64,000 nt of DNA. Source: Octopus sinensis (Eukaryota). A program made the translations under genes and the position numbers. The stretch is from contig NC_043009.1 of assembly GCF_006345805.1 (NCBI RefSeq), positions 62,310,001 through 62,374,000 on the forward strand, in the 5' to 3' direction. The notes beneath the pieces are model-generated. The model did no database searches. It was not told the DNA's origin and saw only the letters and a list, made by a program, of their open reading frames with translations. Positions 53,935-64,000 of the stretch are shown piece by piece; positions within the stretch are counted from its first letter, which is position 1; the number at the start of each line of letters is the position of its first letter.

Positions 53935-55469
53935 AAGTGGTGAGTACACCATGAAGTGGACCATCGTGGCAGAGAACAGATGAAGCAACGGTAAGTTGCC
54001 GAGGCAGAACGCATATATGGTAATAGTAAACCTTGGTGAATAGTGGCGGCAGACGATAGACGAAGTAGGGTAGATTTGTTGTGACGGACGTAGAGCAACT
54101 TTTGGACTGTAGTGGCAGACAACGGACAGAGCAATTGAGGGCTATGGTAGCAGACGATAAGCAGAAAAATGCTGGAATGTCGTGGCAGACGATAGCGAGG
54201 CAGTGGTGAACTGTTGCAGCAACCCACAGACTGATTAATGGTGGACTGTAGTAGCAGATAACAGGCGAAACAATGCTAGAGTTTTGTGTGTCTTGGCAGA
54301 CAACAGTCAGAGCAAAGGTAAACAGATAATGGTGGGCTGTGGTAGTAGACGACAGGAAGAACAATGCCGGGTTGTAGAAGACGATAGCAGAGCAATTGTG
54401 GACTGTTGCAGCAGATCACCGGCAGAGTAATGGTGGCCTGCGGTGGAAGACGACAAACAAAATAGTAGTAGACCGTTGTGGCAGACATAGAGCCATGGTG
54501 CACTGTTTGGAATAAAGCAATGGTGGGCTGTGGTTGCAAACGACAAAGAAGTCAACTGTGGATTGTGGTAGCAGACGACAGACAGAACAATCTTGGAATG
54601 TCGCGGCAAACCATAGATAGAGTAACAGTGGCTTGTTTTGGTGGACAACGAACAGACCTAAGGTAAACTGTAGCGGCAGACGACAGACAGATCAATAGTG
54701 GGCTGTAGTAGCAAACGACAGACAGACAGAGCAACGTTGAGCTGTTGTAGCAGACGATAGACAGAGCAATGGTAGGTTGTTGTAGCAGACGATAGATGAA
54801 GCAATTTTGAGCTGTGGTTGCAGATTAAAAACAGACTAATGGTGGATTGTTAGTTTAGACAAAAGACCGAGCAAGTAGACTGCGGCAGCAGATGACAGAC
54901 GAAGTAGTAATAGACTCTGTGACCAATATAGATCAATGCCAGACTGTGGCGGAAGAAAAAAGGCAAAGCAATGGCGAGGTGTAGTGATTGGCAATTGACA
55001 GGGCAACTATAGACTATCTTGGTAGATAATGGATAGCGCAATCATGGACTGCGATGGCAGACGACAAACACAGTAGTGATAGACTATCTTGGTGGACAAC
55101 AGGCAAAGAAATAGCGAACTGTGGTGGTACACGAGAGACAGAGCAGAGGGGCACTGTCGTGACAGACCATAGAGAGGATAAAAGTCCACTGTCGTGATGG
55201 ACGACAGAAAAGACAATAGTGGACTATAGTTAAAGTTATGAGTAAATCAAGACATTAATGTCTCGAGTCATACGACTGGTAGGACCGATTACCTGGTTTC
55301 GATGGCGTATAAATGATCGAGAACGACATATCTCCCCACCCCTGAACGTGACGCCAGCCTGCCGCAGAGCAACGGGAAATGAAGTGTATTGCTTAAGAAC
55401 CACTCAATCCAAGAATCGAATCCACACCCTAATCACTAGGCCATACAATTTCACCAGACTGTAGTAGTT

Positions 55470-55521
<52 letters not shown>

Positions 55522-55680
55522 ACAATTAAGGAAATAATAAACTGTTGTGACTGACACCAAAAGAGTGATAGTGGAGTGTTAACAGATGACGGAGAGAGCA
55601 ATGGTGGAGTGTCTTGATAGACGACAGACAGAATTAAGGCTTATCGTAGTGGCAGACGACAGGCAAATTAGGGTAGACAA
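53935..55680. repeat. Degenerate 35-bp minisatellite (main block ~53935-55230, resumes ~55520-55680)
   Basis: Consensus ~GACTGTGGTAGCAGACGACAGACAGAGCAATGGTG; three consecutive units near 54740-54845 are each 35 bp. Confidence 0.85.
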
Positions 55681-56439
55681 CATCAAGACTTTCTATAGAG
55701 TCACTCAACCAACACGATATAGCAGCTAAATCCCCCTTAAGTTTCGCGTTACTGACTTGAGGTAGGATTGGTTAATATAATCTTGGGTATGCGTTACTCA
55801 ACTAAATGAGAGGATAGTCACGGTTGCCTTGATTCGTTAAATATTTGGATGAAGGTGGACATAGTCAGTTCAATCGCTTCCTAGGAAAAGAAAAAGCAAA
55901 CAGCTCAGAATTTACTTTTTAACGAGATTTGAACTCAGAACAGGAAAAGGTGCAACTAAATACTGCCATTAACTCATTAGATAATGGAAATAAAAGTTTA
56001 TTGAAAACAATTCAATTACATTAGATATTTGAGTTGAAGTTCTTTGGAAGTAAACTCTTCATTATCTCAGATACTTATCGTCGTCGCCATTATCTGACAC
56101 AGAACCCCACAGGTAAGGATTAAACTTGTCAACTCTTTAGATGTTATGATGTTATAGTTGCTTTGCTCGAAATCAGACTTCATGAAGCATACTTATTATA
56201 AAGGCGTTTCAGCCTTAGCCATCTCATTCTTTTTTCTCATTAATCAAAGTGTTCTATATTTTTAAGGTAATGGAGTGCAATCTGAGGGAGAATTAACTGA
56301 CATTTCTAGCATGTATATCATCCACATAGGGCCTCTTGTAACCATCTCCAGTGTTAGAGTTACAATTAACGAGTGAATATAAATATAGTTCGAGTGCTAT
56401 TTAGACGGTGGGAAGCCATGAGTCAAACTCTCAACTATA

Positions 56440-56925
56440 TCCATTCGATTTCAAACACCACGATGAAATAGCTCAACACTGAAGCTATTCCACACTAAAG
56501 TAGCCCCACTCATGTAATTCCACAATTAATAGTTCCGCGATTAAGTAGCTCACACTCAAATACGTACACACTCAAGTAGCCCCACTCATGTAGTTCTATA
56601 GCCAAATGGTTCCACTGTTAAGTACTTAAGTCAGCATTCATGTATCAACAAGCACACATAGTTCTACACTCGAATAGTGACACAGTAGTATTCCACAGAT
56701 AAATAGTATTACACTCAAATAGTTCCACAGTTAAATACCAACACACTGTTGTAGTTTTAGACCAAAGCAGCTTCACAGTTAAATAGCTGCAATCTCTTGA
56801 AGAGTCATACACAAATAACACTACGTTCATGTAGTTCTACACTCGAGTAGTTCCGCATTTAAGTAGCCCCACACTCTAGTAGTTCCACTCCAAAGTAGCT
56901 CCACTCCCGTTTAGTCAGTCTACTC
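56440..56925. repeat. Degenerate ~15-16 bp minisatellite
   Basis: Recurring AA(G/A)TAG(C/T)TCCACA(C/G)T units. Confidence 0.7.
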
Positions 56926-56999
56926 AAAGACAAAGAGGTTGATATTATTTTACTAAACAACGTAGATCAATTCAAACTCTCAATTTCCATTCATTTCAT

Positions 57000-57380
57000 C
57001 TTCCATACGTCAAATATTATCAAGAGAGGCATGCAGATCACAACTTAGAATTTCTTTTCCTCTAAAAGCATCAAATTTCCTACCTATGTAAGAAAGGCTT
57101 TCTTTCTTTCTTTTTTTAATAATGATCGCTTTGCCTATTAGCATAGACTGCAAAATAATCAATGCCAGCGCATACACCTCGCCACCGTTTCGTCTGCTAA
57201 TACTCCATTGAAAATAGAACACTGCAACCGTGATTCCGTGCATTTGTCTATTGAAAGACACAAGCAACTCAATTAAAGTATAACTTTTAAAGCTGTGATT
57301 ATATTTCCTATATTATCAACTCTTCTGAATAATATAGCATCAGTCCAGGATATTCAATCAAATTCTTTCATCTTCTTTGA
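57000..57380 (-). mobile_element. Very decayed hAT (Buster/Charlie-like) transposase trace
   Basis: ISWTDAILFRRVDNIGNI and LSIDKCTE resemble LSxxTIxRRI and LxxDESTD motifs. Confidence 0.35.
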
Positions 57381-58434
57381 AGTAAACCTTATGAAATATG
57401 CTTTCAACTGATGAAAAATAACACCATTTACGTTATGTATTGAAGCATGCAACATAACGGAGCGTGCCATCTCGTAGCTCCTTCGCTTTTATTATATTTT
57501 TTTCCTCTCATTTCTATTTCGCAGTCCGTAGGAGAGTTATTCTCTTTCTAAAAAATATATATATATATGTATAGACCCTTTTGTAGAATAATAGTGTATA
57601 ATATTATTGTTTGTTGTGTTTTAATGTTTATTGTAGTTATATCCATATAAAACTTCTTCTCGAAACCGTCTATTTAGCAACTGCATGCGTCTCCTGTTTA
57701 AATGGATATTCAAAATCGATGATTGGAATAATTGATTTACCACGTAGGTGTGCGCATGTATTTCTCGTTCTAAAAACCTCATTCCTCAACCATAAAAGAA
57801 ATTCCCCACCCTCACAAAAAGAAATTCCAAGCTATCAAATTCCTCAGAAAATTAAAACAAAGTTTTCTGAAATATCTGAACGGAAATGTCTCCCCAAATT
57901 TTTTCCCAATACTTTCGAAATATCTCGTCAAATTTCTGCTTATTTCGTTACATGACGGCCATCACCGACCTCATTACTGGAGAGAAAAGAGCCGCGGTAT
58001 TGTTTAGAAAATAATGGAAATCAATCTTATCATTCTTTGCAAAGTTAGTCAGTGTAGTTAGATGACAAACTCAACTCTGAACTAAGATTACTCATAGACA
58101 GTAAACTAACCATAACATCGACATTCACTTTAGATCTGAAATATAGGTTCGGTTTCCAGACGTCATTCAATTTCAAGGAGTGAGCTTATCAAATACCGAA
58201 ATCGCATTATGCATCGTTACTGTAAATATCACCCGATTCGTTTCATTGACTACCATTGCAGTGACGACCAAATGATCCATTGTTCACCACTGCTGTTAGC
58301 ACTGTCACTTTATTTCTTGCCTCTCACTGTTGTCACCTGATTTCTTGTCTATCATTACGGTGAATGCCAACTTACACAAGCACTGCTAATACCACTACGT
58401 GGTCTATTTTTCGTATAGGAATAGTTTGGAAGTA

Positions 58435-58745
58435 AACAGATGCAACATGTCTTCGCCGTCACATTTCGCCATGTGCAGCATATTCTCACCGATACCACAC
58501 TTACTATATACAACATGTCTTCTCTGCCACATTTAACCAGGCACAATATTTCTCCGCCACACTTCACACACAGCACGTCCTCACCATCATACTTATCCGC
58601 GCACAAAGTTTTTACCGTTACATTACACGCATGTTCTTACTGTCACACTACATAACATGGCTTCAATACTACACGACACAGCTTGTTTATACAGCTACTC
58701 TGCACATACAACATATCCTCGCTGTCAGGCTACGCTCTTCACAAT
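58435..58745. repeat. Degenerate ~30-bp minisatellite
   Basis: Recurring CAACAT(G/A)TC(C/T)TC(G/A)CCG...CACA units. Confidence 0.6.
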
Positions 58746-58879
58746 ATGAAGGTAGTGAAGCTCATATTAATATCGGAGTGAACTATTTTAAAATGGCGTT
58801 AAAAATCTCTTCTAAAATACTGTAGGGTTTGTTCGTTACGTTTATCGTACTCAGCAGTATAGCTATCTGGAACTTCCGG

Positions 58880-59620
58880 TTTGTCTACCGACAGTACTAT
58901 CTTTGTTTACTCTAGTAAATCAATCGGATTTTAATTTGGCCTGTACATGTATCTTTCCATGATGATACTTTCACATGATTTCCGGTTATGCTTTTATTTA
59001 GCTCATCAGATTATGATGAATTAAGATGTGGTATTCCTCAACTGTGCAGATATGACATTAATTTATTTTGTTTTTTCTAATCTCTTCCATTCTGGTAGAC
59101 AAACAAATCATTTCCTTCTCTGTTTATGGTTCGACGAAGTTATCCCGTTTCTTTTTCCTCGTCCCAAAGTGAATATATGGTTGAGAAAAACAAATAGAAA
59201 CTCTCTCTCTGCACACACCGACACAGTTTTTCTTCATTTGTACAAAACACACTGAGAGATTTTAATATTGTTCCTTAATTAATTGTTTTCTTTAAATATT
59301 TGCCATGAAATGAGCAGATTCCTGGCGCCCAACGATTACTTTGTGGGACTAAAGGAAACTGCTCGAGGTTGCTGTTTTGTTTGTTCTTCAGACCTTGATA
59401 ATTATAATGTTATCTACATTCTTTGTGAAGCTGCAACTACATTTCATGTTGTTGTTCTTAAATAACTTAACGTACTTATGGTTGGAAGGGAACTGACTCT
59501 TGAATAACACTAAGAATGCCTTGGCTCCATTAGTTACCATAGTCTTATTTAAAATGGACTAAACCAGTTGATAACAGGTTCAGTGAACTTTCTGCGCTAC
59601 TACTCGCATCAGTTAAGAAG
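58880..59620 (-). mobile_element. Very decayed hAT transposase trace
   Basis: MVTNGAKAF (cf. TDGAxAM), RQESAH (cf. HQEAL), LNKSITGN (cf. LNLSLQG) in correct order. Confidence 0.35.
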
Positions 59621-59713
59621 TTGATTATCTTTAAACATCGATTTTTGAGCAGTATTGAAATTATTGATTACTGTCTTGAAAGTGACCCTATCTAAAGAAG
59701 TCTGCGCGCGCGT

Positions 59714-59770
<57 letters not shown>

Positions 59771-59814
59771 TGTATGTGTGAGTGAGTGAGTGTGTGGTGT
59801 GTGTATAGGGTTTA

Positions 59815-60298
59815 TTTGGACAAGTGATTTCTACTATTACCCCGGGGTCGACAAATGTCTTGCGAGTGAATATAGTACACGGAAACTGTGTGGAAGCTCG
59901 TCATATATATAATGTGTGTGTGTGTGTGTTTGCATTTGTGTTTTGTCCCCTCACTGCTTGGCAACCGATGCTGGTTTGTTTACGCCCCCGTAACTTACCT
60001 GTTTCGGCAAAAAAAAAAGACGAAAAAAAAAACTACGAAAGTTAAAAACTAAATACTGAGGTGGTGCTCCAGCATGACATATATAACCGACATGACATAA
60101 TCATAGCTCTCTTCCATGTTTATCAATTTGTATGATTTGTCATCCATATGCTGTTGAAACAGCCGTAAGTATAGAATAAATGTGACAGCAACAACGACAT
60201 TCTTCACTTGTTATATACCTACCTACCTACAAACAAGGTGGCGCTCCGGCATGGCCGCAGTCCAATGACTGAAATATGCCAAAGATAAAAGGTAAAAA
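59815..60298 (+). mobile_element. Degenerate, interrupted SINE family A
   Basis: GGAAACTG..GAAGC, GGCAACCGATGCTGG, GGCCGCAGTCCAATGACTGAAA. Confidence 0.75.
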
Positions 60299-60808
60299 GT
60301 AATGCGCATTCACTCCTTCTGCGTCTTTCCTTATGGCCGCCCCTCGTCAGTGTCCACGTGTAATGTTTACAAGGTAATTTATGCTAAGATCGTTGGTAAT
60401 AATAATTTTTGGACGAACTCGTAGAAAGCGAGGTTCAAGTCATTGTCATATCTAGAAAGCTCGTTGGTATTAAGGTCTCGCGCTACAGAAATTGCCGCGT
60501 TAAATAAATATATAAACGTTGATTGTGACGAGAGAGTCGGGAAACATGGGTGTGTTTTTTGGAAGCGATGTCAAGAAACATAGGTGTTTTATGGAAGTGA
60601 TGTCAAGAAAAGAAGGTCGGTTTAGAGTGGCGGTGCCGGCAAATGGGGAAGAAGAATTCGACGTGCATAGATAAAAGCTATTATGATTTTTTTTTTATTT
60701 TACTGTTAATGATACAGAGGTGTCCACAGATGGATCAGTGTTTATAGTGAGAGGAAAAAATAGGCAGAAAATAGGGGTATTGGGGACAGACAAAGGTTAG
60801 ACAGGAAG

Positions 60809-60867
<59 letters not shown>

Positions 60868-62449
60868 GGCGAAGGGAGATGGGCGGGTAAATAAATAGAT
60901 TGATAGGTAGGTAGGTAAATAGATAGGTAGGTAGATAGATTGTCAGGTAGAAAGAAGATGAAGATGAAAGAAAGAATAAATGAAAGAAAGAAAGAAGGAA
61001 AGAGTGAAACAAAGAAAAGCAAGTAAGGAAGAAAGGAAGAATATAGGAGAGTGGAAAGTGTATTATGTTTTCTGTAAATAACCAGCTCAGCCTGCACATC
61101 TCTGCAACAATAGATGCAAGAGTTTTGTGCAGCAGTTTAATTAAAGACTGCACATAGAGTGTCATTGTGTTCTAGGTGCAGCAGAGAGTAGAGGGAACGG
61201 GGAGGGGATATATTGTGGTAGGTATGTTTTGTGATCTATGTTCGATACGATGTGTGTGTGTGTGTGTGTGTATGAAATTACTTATAAATGTATTATATAT
61301 ATAAAACTATATATTATATTTACATATATAATTACACACACACACACACATATATATATATGTGTATGTATGTATGTATGAATATATATTATATATATAT
61401 ATTATATTATATATATATATGTATTATATATAATTATATATAATATATTATATCTATATTTTTATATATTATATATATGTATATTTATATATATATATTA
61501 TATATTATATATATATGTATGTATATACATATTATATATATATACATATCATATATATATGTATATACATATATATATATATGTATGTATATACATATAT
61601 ATATGTATATATTATATATATATATAAATATAATTTTAGACATATAATATATATATATATATTTTTTTGTATGCACATATATATGTGTATATATATACAT
61701 GTATGTATGTAGGTATGTATGAATGCATACAGTGATGCGTATGAGTACATGTGTGTGTGTGTGTGTGTTTGTGTAAATTAAATGACATAATTAGATAATT
61801 GTGTTGAAGTCCAAATCAACAATACAAAATGTTCTAAATGGAAGTTCACAATAGTTCAATTTTGACTGCCTATTGTAGATTTACTGTAGATTTATTTAGA
61901 TTTATTGAAGGTTTATTAAATAAGATTATACCTTCGCAAATATGAGCCACAACACATCAAAAGTTTAGACATATATACATATTTACACACATTAACACAT
62001 CTTTACATATTCACACATACACGTGTACATAGACACACGCGAATACGCGCGCATACATACATATAAAGTAGAAAGCATTAAAAAAAAAGCCAAAATCTAT
62101 TTTCTAGAGATTTGCAAATGAAACATCTTCAATGCCATAGAAAACCGGGACATTGCTTAAAGTAGATGCTTCGCTGGCTGCAGATCCTTAAAAGGTATGT
62201 GAAATACAAAATGAATAATTCAACAGTGTTTTGACAATCGCGCTGGAACATATATGCAAATAGCTAAGCGAGACGAGATCTTCAATACTGCAACTTTATG
62301 TAAGTACGCCGTAACCATGAATTACAGCGGTATACAGGATGTAATATTAGCCATAGATAGAATATATATAAAGTAGCAACAGGCTCTGATACTTTCTGAA
62401 CAATTCTCCTAAAAAAACATATGAAAGGACCTTAACCTAAACTATTTCA

Positions 62450-63300
62450 GTTATTTTTCCAAAACTTCCTGGGAAGAAGTATACTTCTAAAAACATAAAA
62501 TAAAATGAAAAGGTTAAAGAAGGCTGTAGTAGCTGAAGATTATAGAGCTATCTCACCGATTTCGTGTATCAGCAAGGTCGTGAAATGAATTATCAAAGAG
62601 AAAATGATTAGAATTTATGGCACTGATTTAGGTGGCACTCTATTGTGCTTAAGGTACCACTCACTTCATTCTGAGTCGGTTAGATGCTGCATTACCTTGC
62701 TACACAAAGGAACATTAGCTCGTTAATATCCTGCCGAAAAACAGCATAATAGATTTATATGGAGTTAATGCCAGCGCATTCAAACAATGCTTGAATATGA
62801 TAGTAAGATCGCAGAAAAGCCTGTCACAACAGGAGATGTATGTGAGGACAAGAGCATCAAATTCTCTCATTCGCCTACACCAAGGACAACGAACTTGTAA
62901 GGAAGCCTCTACGTGGCTGTTCGAGCTGCAACTAATAGCAGCTAAATTTTCCTCAAATATTACAGAAGGACCTTAAAATGGTTAAATATACAGGGTAGAT
63001 AATACTGAATGCAATATGTTTCAAGAAAAGTAAAAGATATATACACGACAGATAAAAATATTTTAAGTTGATTCACGGAAGCAGGACTTTCAGTGAACAT
63101 AGAAGAATGAGGAGGTGTCAGGAAGGCCAGAGTCATATGAATTTCAACCATCAATGTTTTAGATTGAGAATATCTTACTATTATTGCAGTGGAAGTCAAA
63201 AGTTATATAAAAGAATGAGCTAACCCAAACAATGGACTATTCCAAGTATATGCTATTAGAAAAAACAAGACTATGTTCTTGCAGAAAGAGTGCCTTCACT
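62450..63300 (+). mobile_element. Decayed CR1/L2/Jockey-type LINE RT remnant
   Basis: EDYRAISPISCISKVVK*II (cf. NYRPISLTS..CKVMERII) at ~62535-62595; possible GVxxxxVI trace near 63115. Confidence 0.5.
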
Positions 63301-64000
63301 CACTATTGTAAATTGCTGTGTTGCTTATATAATCTGGTGTATTGCTATTTGGCTCGTTCCCCGTTACTTAGAGCTCCTCCTTTCAACAAGACACAACAAA
63401 TTTGGTTTGCCATCAGAGAACGACAGTAGCTACGAATCTGCATGAAGTGGGTTTTAATGTATCTACTCAATACGTACCCCAACACACATTTACAAATATT
63501 CCAGAAAAATGGAGGGAAATTGACAACAGGCAATATCTTTTAAATATACCCCTTTCCATACACCACGGGTACGCACAAAATACTTTTAAACATAAACGTT
63601 TTACATACAAAATTCAGATTGTAAACAACCCAATAGAAATCTAAAAATATTTGCAATACAGCACGCTAACGGCATTGATAACATTTTTATGGAGTCAAAT
63701 GATTTTATCATCATACACGGCATCCACATTGAAATAATACAGAAAAATATTCTTACTCCAAAAACATAAAGCTCCCAGCATTCCAAATATGCTCAAATAA
63801 GACTAGAGAGATCTTATCGATGCGGTGTGAGATGAACTTTATAGCAGTATACATTTTTTTAAAAATCTGCATTCAATATATATAGACATACGTTAATGAT
63901 ATTCATAAACCAATAGATGGAGACACTGAGCGACAAATGCAGGCTTTTAAAATAAAACGAGCAGCATGAAGCACATTAACATAATAAACCGGAACACACA

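Noticed and set aside
53935-55230. CRISPR-like array
   Set aside because: No invariant repeat with unique spacers; the whole 35-bp unit is homologous and degenerate; eukaryotic context, no cas genes.

Overview
Eukaryotic, AT-rich, repeat-saturated DNA with no supportable host protein-coding exon. It is probably intronic or intergenic DNA of an octopus or related cephalopod, inferred from recalled SINE families and extreme microsatellite load, not from a database search. Almost all long ORFs in the supplied track are microsatellite artefacts. Content: about 40 tRNA-derived SINE copies from at least 4 families (called A-D here), a full-length dead Tc1 (DD34E), mariner, hAT and pogo-like MITEs and remnants, non-autonomous Helitrons, decayed LINEs (L1/Tx1, RTE, R4/Dong-like, CR1-like), degenerate minisatellites and several foldback structures. 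Two signals stand out. (1) At 50474-50659 an ~186 bp palindrome carries a minimal type I hammerhead ribozyme fold on each strand, both with a U4C core variant, in Penelope-like context. (2) SINE family B builds head-to-tail arrays through one identical junction (GAAATA|GGTATTTC, 8 cases), apparently by inserting into the anticodon-like loop of its own older copies, and its tail resembles the 3' end of a Tx1-type LINE in the same window.
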